From assembly GCA_012295275.1 (NCBI GenBank), contig CM022675.1, forward strand, positions 3,782,001 to 3,846,000: 64,000 nucleotides of DNA. Direction: 5' to 3'. A program made the translations under genes and the position numbers. The stretch is from Chrysomallon squamiferum. Its lineage: Eukaryota; Animalia; Mollusca. Numbering within the stretch: the first letter of the stretch is position 1; the number at the start of each line of letters is the position of its first letter. Of the stretch, positions 1 to 28,483 are shown piece by piece. Below the pieces are notes generated by a model that did no database searches, was not told the DNA's origin, and saw nothing but the letters and a program-made list of their open reading frames with translations.

Positions 1-350
1 GTTTTTTTTATCTACATTTAGAAAAGTTTTGTAAACTTGCTATTTCAAAAAGGGTAAAATTTAATCTGTAGAAAAATTAAATGGCATTTGATGACTGATT
101 TAAAAAATAAAATAAAAAACAGTTTTTAAGCACATTTCTGAAAAATTACTATTATGCTACTAGCAGGTATTTGTGTACAAAATCAGGGAGTGTCAAAATT
201 GGATTATTTCCATTTCCAGTCAAAAGACATTTGTTTTTTTACTTCTAGTGAAATATTTCCTGGTAAAATATCTAATCGAGTTTTTGGAAATCTCATTGTT
301 CATTTTGTAAAAATTAAAGATTTCACATCTATAAGAAATAAAATAAAAGT

Positions 351-431
351 TGTCCAGTCTGAATGATGTAAACACAGACCTGTACTGAATCAAACACTTG
401 AACGAAACATTTCTAACTGACAGGAAGGACA
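351..431 (+). ncRNA. SNORD25: Box C/D snoRNA, U25/SNORD25 (snR56) type, copy 1; predicted guide for 18S rRNA 2'-O-methyl-G (human Gm1490 equivalent)
   Basis: C-box variant ATGATGT 363-369; guide CACAGACCTGT 373-383 is the reverse complement of the conserved 18S segment ACAGGUCUGUG; D' box CTGA 385-388; D box CTGA 417-420; terminal stem TGTCC/GGACA. The CACAGACCTGTACTGA string matches human U25 as I recall it. Confidence 0.85.
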
Positions 432-688
432 GCCAGATTTTATAATATAGATTTGTATAAATACATTCTCTTTTCTTAAAATAATTTGAAAATGAAAAGT
501 AGTACAAACATTTTATTGTAAGAAATATCTTTTTCTGAACATGCATATATTTAAACATTTGAACAGATACACTGACATTCAGACACACACACACACACAC
601 AAACACACACACGTGTTCTCTCTGAATGCCTATCTCACACATCTGTACATACAAAGTACATGCACTGTGTTTTATTTATTATTATTAA

Positions 689-775
689 TTTTGTTCATCC
701 TGAATGATGTTAACACAGACCTGTACTGAAACAGATTTGACAGAAAATCTTTATATCACTGACAGGAAGAACAAA
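689..775 (+). ncRNA. SNORD25: Box C/D snoRNA, U25/SNORD25 type, copy 2
   Basis: ATGATGT 704-710, same guide CACAGACCTGT with D' CTGA 726-729, D box CTGA 759-762, extended terminal stem TTTGTTC.TCCTG / CAGGA.GAACAAA. Confidence 0.85.
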
Positions 776-1370
776 TTTAATTATTTCTTCATTTTATATA
801 CACTTAAAATCGGTGTTTTACATATTTATCCAGTCATTCTTTGCCAGTAATAAAGATACAACAAAATTAAATTATCTTAACAATGAATTTATGGGTGTGA
901 TCAATTAATTTTGTAAAGCAAAAAAAAAAAGAAATGTAGCATGTAATCAATTAACAGATAATAAAAATAAATCTGTTACTAATACGGTCAGCTGAAAATG
1001 ATAAATTTTGTATTTGTAGGCATGTTTCTGCATGGATGTACAAACAAGCTGAAATATAAATGCATAACACAATTACACATTACATGTTAATGATTGTAAT
1101 TTCTGTTTATTTATTGTGGTGTTATGGTTGTTACTATTTACTTTAATTATTATTATTTATAAATACATTTAAAGTAAATATTGATTTATTTATATATTGT
1201 TATTATTATTAATATTATTGTTATTATTATTATTGCTACTATTATTAACAAATATATTTAAGCTAAATATTTGATTTGGTTAAAAAAACATTGCTGAATG
1301 GACAGTGAGAATGTGTTGAAAGATGTAATGAAATGTGTGTTGAACACAGTGTAAGTAAATATTTACATTG

Positions 1371-1436
1371 GTCCACCTGAATCATGTCAACACACACCTG
1401 TGAAGTTGACAGAAAATATTTACATCACTCACAGAA
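1371..1436 (+). pseudogene. Decayed third U25-type snoRNA copy
   Basis: Aligns with copy 2 (ctgaatcatgtcaacacacacctgt...gacagaaaatatttacatcactcacag), but the C box reads ATCATGT, the guide has a G>C change, the D' box is deleted and the D box reads CTCA. Confidence 0.7.
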
Positions 1437-1770
1437 AAAACACATTTCAATTTTATGGAAATGAAATATAATAATATAAAACAATAAAATAAAAAGTATG
1501 TAAATAAATAAATAACTAAATAAAAAAAATAACAAACTAAATGGAAGGCAAAAAAATAAATAACAAACTAAAGAAGAAAAAAAGTATAAAATAACAAGTA
1601 AGCCATGGATAGGCAAAAAAAATTAAAAATCTACATAAACACTGTTTTTTTGTGCTTTTATTAATAATAATAATAATAACAACAACAATGTGTGAAATAA
1701 TCGGCATACTGCTATAAACATAAAAAAAAACTTATTTTGAAAACTGGATGTCTAACATTTGTACTGATGA

Positions 1771-1916
1771 CATCATAATTCATCACCAATTCATGACACA
1801 TCTGACCTCTCATGGATTTATGTGAACATTAAGGTGAAATAGAAATTTGTGCTTTGTTTCTGGTGCTGGAGTTTCAAAAATACACTTCAATTCCATCTTC
1901 AGCTTTCACTACATTT
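1771..1916 (+). ncRNA. Candidate box H/ACA snoRNA, copy 1
   Basis: Hairpin (TTCATGA/TCATGGA), then ANANNA box ACATTA, then a second hairpin (GTGAAA/TTTCAC lower stem, TGGTGCTGGAGT/ACTTCAATTCCA upper stem) with ACA 15 nt after the upper stem. The 3' part is duplicated at about 2375-2470. Confidence 0.45.
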
Positions 1917-2344
1917 TTAAACATACATTTTTCTTCATACATTTTTAAACATAGTTATGACAGAATGGTTGAAAATGATGATGATATTAGCATTGCTAGT
2001 ACAAATTATGAAACCACCTTTATTTTCAAGTCTAATTATGACTACAGATATTTTCTTGATTTTGATTTGTTAAGCTTGACCATTACCCCATTCCAGTAAA
2101 TGCTCCATTTTGCTTAATTTAATTTGTTGTGTGTGATTTTGATAGATAAGAGGTACATGTGTAATTAGACATCAATTTTCTTCTGTTAAATCTTTAAACT
2201 AAATTGTTGATGAGATATTTAAAAAGTTAGTTACTGTTAATGTCTGTCTAGAATTGATTAAATCTTTAAACTAAAACTGTAACTTTAAACTAAACAGAAA
2301 AAGCAAGATAAATACTGTAACTCTAGAATACAGGTTGTTTTATT

Positions 2345-2480
2345 TTGATAATTATCACAGTAATATTTATACTGATTTATGTGAACATTAAAGTGAAATA
2401 TCAGTTTGTGCTTTGTTTTTGGAACTGGAGTTTTAAAATATACTTCAGTTCCATTTTCAGTTTTCACAAAATCACATATC
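2345..2480 (+). ncRNA. Candidate box H/ACA snoRNA, copy 2 (paralogue of 1771-1916)
   Basis: Shares GATTTATGTGAACATTA..GTGAAATA..TTTGTGCTTTGTTT..TGGAACTGGAG..CTTCAGTTCCA..TTTCAC with copy 1, with stems retained; ACA position is less canonical. Confidence 0.35.
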
Positions 2481-2986
2481 ATGGCAGCCATTTAAAACAA
2501 AAATGTATTATATGACAGTACACACACATGCACACACACACACACACACATGCACACACACACACACACATGCACACACACACAACACACACACACACAC
2601 ACTCTGGTGCAGTTTGTCAGGTGTTATTTTTTTTAGTAAACTGGTTACTCTTTGACATTCATTGCTTTTACTGGGGACAAGTGACAGTTACAGTTTTAAC
2701 TTTATCTGAAGATACATTTAAGCTTCATTATAGTTTATTATTTTCTGCAACTATTATTAAATCCTACATTTTTTAAATATTTTTTTTATATACTCTTTTA
2801 ATTTAAAAAAAATATATAATAGAAAAAAATTAAATGTTCATTGAAAGTTTTTTTTTTTTTTTTTTAAATATTTGTTTATTTACATAGTTTATTTACTTGT
2901 TTATTTATTGGTTTCTGTTTATTTATGTTGTTAGTTAAATTAGTCACTTACTATATTCATTTATTTGTTTTTTGTTTTGTTTTTAG

Positions 2987-3262
2987 GTGAGTTTGTTGCT
3001 CAGTTCAAATTCACTGTGATTCTTATGCCAAACGGTCCACTGAAAATCACTGGTCTGCCATTCGAGTCCGATCTCTACGAGACAGAATATTCTATAGTAA
3101 ATGAAGATATAAAGGTAAAGACTCTAGATTTAAATTCAGATCCAAAACAGTTTGTCCTGCTTTCAGAAACCTCAAAATCCAGAAAATAAGCAAATATTTA
3201 AACTAGCTTCTTTGGAATTAGACATGTTCTGTTCTGGCTTCTGTAATGCCAGTTCAAATGAA

Positions 3263-3309
<47 letters not shown>

Positions 3310-3672
3310 ATTAGTTTTATTGATTATTTTAATATTTATTTATTTTTTAATGAAGTAATATTATTAGAGTATGTTTTTTTGGTTTTTTTTTAAAACTGTT
3401 GACTATAACTTTGAATCAAAAACAGACAATCCATAAATACTTATTAACTGTTAAAGTATTTTTTACTATAAAACAAAGGATTAAAAATAAACTGTTGGCT
3501 TTAACTTAAACTGAAAACAGTCAGTAAACAAATTTGATATTAAATTAAAGAATTAATTTTGTTATTTCAGAATCTGCTCTCTCAGTCTGCTTCACGGAAG
3601 GCAGCGAAGAAAAAGAAGAAGAAAGTGGAAAAGCATATGGCAGAAACAACCGATACTGTTCAAGCTGATTAA
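2987..3672 (+). CDS. PA2G4: Proliferation-associated protein 2G4 (EBP1), last two coding exons (2987-3114, 3571-3672); the 5' part lies outside the window
   Basis: Spliced peptide [43 protein letters not shown]|[33 protein letters not shown] matches the PA2G4 C-terminus, including the SASRK..KKKKKK segment. Canonical AG/GT sites; AATAAA at about 3772. Confidence 0.93.
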
Positions 3673-4393
3673 ACAGTGAACTTTGACCTCACTGTCAGAT
3701 TCATTCAGCTTGTTGTCATGGGAACACAACCATTGGTTTGTTAGTAGCTGGACTGTTTGTAGTAGAAGTTAAATAAATCAAAGATCCTGTCCAAATTAGT
3801 TTGAGTTGTTTGTGTTGTGTGTTTGCATTTATTTTTGGTTGTCAGATCATTTTTAATGATAAATTTGATGAAAAATGGTATCTTTTTTGAAAAGCATTAC
3901 ATACATGTTAGTGTTTATTTCTCTAGATAAAAACCTTTTTCTTTTTTAATTAAAAGAAGAAGAAAGTTACATGATTCTTAAATTTTATTGTTTTCATACA
4001 ATTTAAATAATAATAATATATAAAGAAAAAATAAAATCAAAAATGAAAATAATTTGTGAAGGTTACAGTTCAATATATATATATATATATATATTAACAA
4101 AACAATACGGACAGGGAAAGTAGTTAAAGTATGATTTCATTATAAATTATATGAGACACTTCAACAAATTCTTAACATACCAAATGATATTATTTTCTGA
4201 GAATAAACAATGGAATAAACAATGCAGAATGGATATATATTTACCAACGATTATATTTGAAATAAGCTGCATCAAATATTTTAATGATTTGTTTTGTTAT
4301 TTGATGTGGAATTAGTAGAGTCAAGAGAAATTATCAATATCATTTATAAATTTACTGCTATTTCAAAGAACGTAGGAAAACATTTTGTAAATA

Positions 4394-12741
<8,348 letters not shown>

Positions 12742-13098
12742 GGCGGATTATACACTGAACATCTGACTTGGACCAGGAAGAAGATAACAGAGTAAAAGAT
12801 AATTGCTAAGGGATATCAGATTTTACCTTCCCTTGTTTACTTAGTTACAGAACAGTGTAGTGTATATGTGTGATAAAAATAAAACTTGTTTTAGATAAAC
12901 TTGCGCAGGACAAAGCCTTCGACAAAATAGAGTACAAGACCGAATAGAAAACTGAATAAAATATAGTATGTGCGTATGTTCGTGCGTGCGTGTGTGTGTG
13001 CCTGAGAGAGAGAGAGAGATATAAAAACAGAGAGAGAGACAGAGAGATTAAAAACAGAGAGAAACAGACAGAAAGAAAATGAACAAACACATTTCCCG

Positions 13099-13188
<90 letters not shown>

Positions 13189-13370
13189 AAAAGGTATCTA
13201 TTATTTGAAAGATATTACTTTTATGACAGTTTCTCTAGATACAAGCTTTTGTCTTTTCTTTATTAATTAAAAATACGAAAAAAAAAAACCCCAAGAAAAG
13301 GAAAACGTTTTATTATCCTAAATGTTATGGTTTTCACACAATTTAATATAATTTCTCAGTAGCATCTATA

Positions 13371-13402
<32 letters not shown>

Positions 13403-13807
13403 ATAATAATAATAATAATAATAGTAATACAAATAATAATAGTTTATAAAAATCAAATGTTTGAAGATCTGGTTCATTATATAATTGAACAAAGCATAAT
13501 ATTAAGTTAAATAGTTAATATATAATTTTAGTATCAAAATAAAATGTTCAGAAGTCAAATATTTTTTAATCAACACGTCAAATGATATTATTTTCTGAGG
13601 AAAAACAATGGAAATAATTTCATGCAAAAGAAAGGCATAGATAGGATACATTTACGAACTATTAAATTCAAAATAAGCTGCATCAAATAGTTTATTGATT
13701 TGTTTCGTTATTTGATGTGAAATTAGTAGCGATATGGTTGATATTTAACATACATTTACTGTTATTTCTAAGAATTATTATTATTATTATTATTATTATT
13801 ATCATCA

Positions 13808-13857
<50 letters not shown>

Positions 13858-13871
13858 TTTTAATATAAATT

Positions 13872-21270
<7,399 letters not shown>

Positions 21271-21941
21271 CTACGTATTATAAAATATACTGAGCAAAAA
21301 CATCTAGAGGATCATAACGAGTGATCAGCTTTTAGGTATGGCCTAGTTCAATAAGTTAGCTTCAGAACTTAGTTAAACATTTAACATTTTAAGTTTTATT
21401 GGAGTAAATAGGGTCTTGTATGTTGTACAACGTAAACTCACAGAGATTTTATAAAGTCCACACAGTCAGTTTATTTTATGTTCTGTAGATTGGTTTTTTA
21501 TTTTTTATCATTATCATCATCATTTATAGTTATTGTCGTTGTTATTTATTTATTTATTAAACATATTTAATTTTTATTTCTTATTAATAATATTCTCTAA
21601 ATATGTATGCGACAAAAAAAAAAAAGAAAAAAATGAAGAAGAAAGTAAAATATATATATTTGTTATTATTAATTATTTTAATTTTATTTATTTTATTTTA
21701 TTTTATTACTTTTTTTGGACTTTTTTTTCTAAATACAATTATATCATTTAACGCCTCAAATCTTTTCACCCGTAACCGCTGACAAGTGAAAACAAAATGT
21801 GGAGAAATGACAAAAACGTGTGTAGCATAATAACACAAATTAAATTTTATGTGTGCATTCAGGACTGAGAGTGTGAGTGAAGGTATGTGTATGATGTAAT
21901 GGAGAAAGGTGACGACAGAGAAAAGACAGAGATAAAGTTAG

Positions 21942-22141
21942 NNNNNNNNNNNNNNNNNNNNNNNNNNNNNNNNNNNNNNNNNNNNNNNNNNNNNNNNNNN
22001 NNNNNNNNNNNNNNNNNNNNNNNNNNNNNNNNNNNNNNNNNNNNNNNNNNNNNNNNNNNNNNNNNNNNNNNNNNNNNNNNNNNNNNNNNNNNNNNNNNNN
22101 NNNNNNNNNNNNNNNNNNNNNNNNNNNNNNNNNNNNNNNNN
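21942..22141. other. Assembly gap (200 N)
   Basis: Run of n; the true size is unknown. Confidence 1.
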
Positions 22142-22249
22142 GATTTCAAATTTAAAATACACATTCATATTTTACCAGAAATAAAAAGTGACATTGTATA
22201 TCCCCCCAAAAAACAGAAAAAGAAAAAGAAAACTAATACTGAACAAAAG

Positions 22250-22282
<33 letters not shown>

Positions 22283-22283
22283 T

Positions 22284-22353
<70 letters not shown>

Positions 22354-23234
22354 TGGAAACAATTTGCAACCTGAAAACAAAACCAAAACTAGATAAAATT
22401 ATTTCAAGACATTTTCAAACTGTACTGGCATCATGCATAGTGGATGGAGACACTTCATCATTTTTCACGTAAAGATACCTGAAACTCGTGAACTAAAAAC
22501 AATTATATAAAGTATTTTGAAAAGATATAGGAAAACATGTTTATAAAACAGCTGCTAGTTTCCGCTTATTAAAATAATAATAATAAATATTTAATTAATC
22601 TAGTGACTGGAGAGGTCAAACTATGATCTGGAAACTACAGTTCTCTATATACCTGTGTGTAAGTACGTACAGGTATGTTTCTGTGTTCCTCTGTGTATGT
22701 GCATCTGCATATATGTGGGTATATCTGAACATGTGTATGCTAACACATTTGTGTATGCTTAGCTACATTTACATGGAAGTGTTATTTATTTTCCCAGGAG
22801 GGGTGAAGGAAAAAGGAGGAATAACACAAGCAGCTTTGTCATTATCAGCCATCAAACAATAAGAAATTAGCAGCATTCCCACAATTCATAGCTACTTCCG
22901 TACATTGCTGGTTACCTGCTGGTTGTGCTGGTGACGCTTCAGATAAACAGGATCTGTGACTTGCGTGTATTTGGCTTTGATCTGCATGAAGAATTCGCGC
23001 AAATGAACAACGATAGGTGTGGAACTGAGTCCGTATTGTGAAAAAAAAAATATTTTGATGATTTGAACTAAAATCCAAAATACATTTAGCGAGCACGTCG
23101 ATATTGCCTAATTCTGTTTTGTAAATATCAAAGTAATTGTATTAATAGTGGGGCCCAACCTTTGTTAATAATCAAATAAAAATCAATATTTACAAACGTC
23201 CACGGCACAATGGGAAGCTTGCATTCCACCCCAT

Positions 23235-23304
<70 letters not shown>

Positions 23305-24289
23305 GCTACTACTACTACTACTACTACTACTATTACTACTACTATGATTATTGTAATTATTACTGATATCCACTTATAAGAATTAAGAAAATTCCTTACA
23401 ATTTGAAATAGAGAAAATTTGCCCATATATTAATGTTAATAATAATTATAAAAAGCAATTAACTGAAACTTCAGACTCTTTTTACTGAAAGACCCAATCT
23501 GTCAAGTCTCAGTTGCAATGCTGCCCAAATCGTGAGATATGGAGAATAATTCTCACAAAAACAGTTAAAATAAAATTAATATATTACATTAAACTAAGTT
23601 TTTCACAGTTGTGTTTCTCTCGTTTAGAGAGCTCGCCACTCTCCAAGACTGGCTTCACTGACTGAAGGTTGTTAGTAGAGCTTGAAATGTTTGGACCTGA
23701 ATTTATTTTCTGAAAACAACAACAACAATAACAACAAACAAACAAAGTTGTAGTCAAACTCGGTTCTAAAATGTGAAACATTCCCACCCCCGCACCAGTT
23801 TCGCTTACAACAACAGTTGAGAAACTGAAATCACGTAGATTTTTCCCCATTTTCTAGAATCAGAAATAAATAAATTTCTCAAAACCTTCACAGATTTTGT
23901 ACTGAAGTCCTCCAACACACAGTCTGTGACTAACATGTTTTCTAGAAGTGCTGTGTTTAAATATCTTTGATGACGTCAACCAAGGTGGACGCACAGTCAG
24001 ACATTGTACCCGTAACATGACGTCACAAGGTCGACCAGTTGGTCCTGTAGTTGTTTTCATCTTCAGTTCTAAAGTTGTTTTTTCTTTAAAAGAAGATAAA
24101 TTACCCTTTACACTGACGCATTTTCGAAAGGCGTCTGATGCTCGAAAATAGTTAAGAGACTCAAAGGAAATTTTTAATCAAAGTTTTTCTACTACTTTTG
24201 TTTGACAAAACCGTTTATACTGGACAAAACGTTTTATACAAGACAAACAGATAAAGCTAAGACGTTTGATTTGTGTTTGGTTGAGCTTG

Positions 24290-24608
24290 TTTATATGAAG
24301 AAAACTCGTAGACAAAACCTCGAGAACGTAACAAGTAGTGTATGAACGAAGTTAGTGATACACGTTCAGAGAAATATAACAAAATGACCGCTATCCTAGT
24401 GTACCTTCAACCGAGACTAAACCCGTTCATTTTCACACTACAAAGTAACATTCGTGCAACAAACACAAACATAAGACTTCAAATTTTCCATTTATCCATT
24501 TTTTTAAATTCAAATAGCACTTGAAACAGAAAATAAAACAATCGTTCGAAAGTGGATATATATTAATATACCGGATAATCCATTTGAATAGTAGCGAGGT
24601 TTTCTGTT
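24290..24608. mobile_element. Tc1/pogo-like MITE relic co-duplicated with the receptor units (homologues at about 33175-33499 and 42110-42899)
   Basis: Shared block GAAGAAAACTCGTAGACAAAACCTCG..ATAAGACTTC..ATCCATTTGAATA ending in a TIR-like AGCGAGGTTTACTGTA variant at three equivalent positions; the third copy is partial and interrupted. Confidence 0.45.
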
Positions 24609-24895
24609 TCAGAATAAAGTTAGATCAATAGCAATAACCTTAGTATAAAACAAACTTCGAGTACTAAACAGAAAATGCAAAATGAATAAGAAAAAATATT
24701 AAAATAAGATATTAAAATATCGTTAGTTGATTATATCGATTCAGTATATAATATAATATAAAGTAATGTAATACAAAAATATATGCTTTTCTCAAATATT
24801 TCACTATATATAGCTATGTAACCAAACACACAGGAACATTCACCTACATACATTCACACATACATACATACATACATACATACACATACGTAAGT

Positions 24896-24928
<33 letters not shown>

Positions 24929-25588
24929 CCTACCTACATACATACATGCACACATATATAGACAGTCTTAAGGTATAATAATATTTATAATACGTTTGTG
25001 CATGAAGTAAAGTTTGTGATGGCTACATCTAGCGGAAAACTGTAACATAAAACAATATCGAATTTCGGATAAAGTACCCTTAATCTGCTATAATAATAAT
25101 AAAATAAAATAAAATAAGGAAAAACAAAGAAAGAAAAAGAAAAGAATAATAATAATAAATAATAATAATAACAAAGAAGAAAGAAGAACGAAAGGAAAAC
25201 GAAAAAAAGAAGAAAAAAGTTGATACGCGACACGGCTAGCGAGGATTCCTTCAAGAGACAAAATTTTGCATCAGTGCAGATTAATACTTAAAATATTAGT
25301 GTAAGAACAGATTTCACATGTCACAGAAATAAGGTAAAAAGTCAATCGCGTTGACGAAAAGTTCATTTAGATATTAGGATAAACTTAAATACAAAATACA
25401 AAGGTTAAAATAATAATACAAATAATGCAAACAATAAAATACGGTATTAACCTATTAACATAGTGTTTACAACAACAACAACATCACAATAAATCAATCA
25501 GTAATAAAATCTCAAAACATAACATTAAATATTAAAAATAAAAATGATATGAGGCACTGTTAATACATAAATAATAATAATAATAGTA

Positions 25589-25620
<32 letters not shown>

Positions 25621-25717
25621 TGGTATGAGACACTCTTAAGATGGATTTAAAAAACACTTCATAGCAGACGACAAATTTTGTATCAAAATATCGATCGAGT
25701 TACTACTGACATTCTTT

Positions 25718-27851
25718 TCAATCAGAATTTTCCAGAACAAAATAAAAATTTCCGCTGCCTTCAGAAACGTTGTCGTTGTTGTTGAGATCGTCGTGGACGT
25801 TATCAGAGATTTCTGATTTCCTAGTAGGAATTTGATTGTTAGACGAGGCAGTATGTCTACACAGACTGGGGTGTGGTAAATCGGAAGTAACGGCATCAGC
25901 GATGTCGTAGAGGTCGCTGTCAGGTTGGTTAAGATGGTTATACAGGTCTGATGTTGTTGTTGATGTTGGAGGTTTTCTGTCCATGGTGTCGTATTCTTCA
26001 GAATCAATGAGGTGGTTGTAGACGTCAGATACAGTTGAAGTTGTTTTTTCTTTGTTTGTGTTGTCGTAATCGCTGTCATTGTCAACACCAAGCCGGTTGT
26101 AGACGTGAGATGTAGCAGTTTTCTTTTTCTTATCACAGGTATCGTAGTCGCCGTCGTTGAGCCCAGCAATGTGGTTGTAGATGTCAGATCTACGAGTTGT
26201 TGTATTTGTTGTGTCTGTGTTAATCTCCGTCATGGCTACCTGAATTGTATTTGTCCACTTCAGATGTTGTAGTAGTTGCAGTTTTGATATCAGCTGTGTC
26301 GTAATCTGCATCGTTGTCGTCAGCTGTAGATCTCTTAATGGGAAGTGCTTTAACATCTGCGATGTCGTAGTCGTTATCATTTCTGTTTCCCGTGTTGACT
26401 GTTACTCCGTTTGAGACGTTGTAGTAAACACTGTGGTTTCCTTGATTTTCTGATTCAAACTCATAATCTGCCGACGTCGATGTCGTTGTTACCTCATAAC
26501 TCGAATTTGCGTGACCACGTTGTAAATCTTCAGCAGATCTGATTTCATTGTTTCTTTTGTTAAAATTGATTCTTGATTCTGGTAACTTCTGAGCTTTAAA
26601 ACAAAATCGACGTTTTCTGAAAAATGAAGACATTATTTAAATTGAAACTGTGAAATACTAAATTATTTTTATTATACGAGTTTCTGTCGTGACGACTCTG
26701 ATAATTCAAAGGAAAAACTATTTTACATTTAAATTAAACTGACTTTAACTAAGAAGAATAAAAGTGAAATGTGTAGATATTTTTTTACTTTCTTTCATAT
26801 GTTTGTATATAAATGTATTATTTTCATTCATACTTTCTTGTTCTTTCATACCTTTTTCTTTCTCTTTCTTTTATTTTTTCGTGTCTTCCTATCTTTCATT
26901 CACACCTTTTTTTCTTTTATTCTTTCTTTTTTCTTAGTATTTTTAACAAACATAATAAAGAACAGATTGTTTTTTCTTTCTTTTTCATTCATTCATTCTT
27001 TTTTCCTTCTCTATTATTCATTCATATTTCATTCTTTGTTTGTTTCTCTTTTTCTGTTTTTCTGCTTCATAAATTTCATAATTTGGTTTACTAAATAGTT
27101 ATAAGAAATTCCTACCGTTTAGACCAAAGTACGACGACAACAGTGACAACCAACACAACTACAATAGCAGCGACGCCACCACCAACAGATGCTGAAAATA
27201 GTTAGCACTGATTTTAATCTAAGTACAATTAACTATGTAAATGTTTTTATTGATCTGTCTGTTTGTTTGCTATTATTTATTTCCCTTACTACTGAAATAA
27301 TTTTATCAATTTTAATACAACTATAATTCATTACTAACCCTTTTTCAAATTACATTGTATTAAATAAATTACTGACAGTATTAAAATAAAATTAATCTGA
27401 TAAATTAAAAGAAATAATTGAAAAGCATACTGAAAATGAAAATATATTTAATTAATTTTAATAAGGTTAGCAGAATAAATCTAGTAAATTAACACAAAGC
27501 TAGTAAAATAGGTTTTAAACAAAGCTAATAAATGAATACTTGTCATAAAATTAATAAAATACTTTTTTTTATCTTAAGCTGTAAAAAAATCTAGAGATAA
27601 AAACTAATAAATTAAATCTAATAAACTGAAGCAAATAAATAAATAAATATAAACTAGTAAAATATATCTAGTAAATTAAATATACTCAAATAAATAGTAA
27701 AAGTAAAACTAACCTGACTTGTTTGATGAATGTTGTGTCTCAGTGGATTGGTTTGTTGGAATTATCTCCCCTGATTTTGTTGGTTCAGAAATAGTAGAAA
27801 AAGACGGATTGGAGAAAAGTATGAAAGTTGATAATTTTTTTTTTTTCTACC

Positions 27852-27906
<55 letters not shown>

Positions 27907-27951
27907 GTTATAGACAGATCATTCTCCAATTGATGTATCTGTTATTTTATG

Positions 27952-28034
<83 letters not shown>

Positions 28035-28443
28035 ATAGACACAACAAACAATAACCTTTTAAGAGTTTCCTTTCGTATTTTATCCTGTTACAAACTGAAA
28101 TATATACACACACACACAGACACATACTTACATACATACAACAGTCCACATAGTTTTATTTGTTGTTATACAGGTTATACTCACACTTCTGACAAATTGT
28201 CTGAAATTTAGTCTGTGGAGAGTAATAATTATATAATTCCTCATCTGCACTATTAACAAGCCAAACCAGACTTTTAAGAAACTTCGTTTTACCAGAAACT
28301 AGTTCCTCATACAACACTTCGCTACCTGAAATGAAATACGTTTCTGTTTAGAGATTAATTGATATGAAGTAATAAATCTATAGAAAAAACCCACATTTGT
28401 GATGTTGAACTACTAATTAATTAAAGAAGAAAAACATCAAGGA

Positions 28444-28483
<40 letters not shown>

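Noticed and set aside
22798-22862. Exon-like segment GGVKEKGGITQAALSLSAIKQ* after a good acceptor
   Set aside because: No upstream partner exon or recognisable homology; next to an assembly gap, so it cannot be supported.
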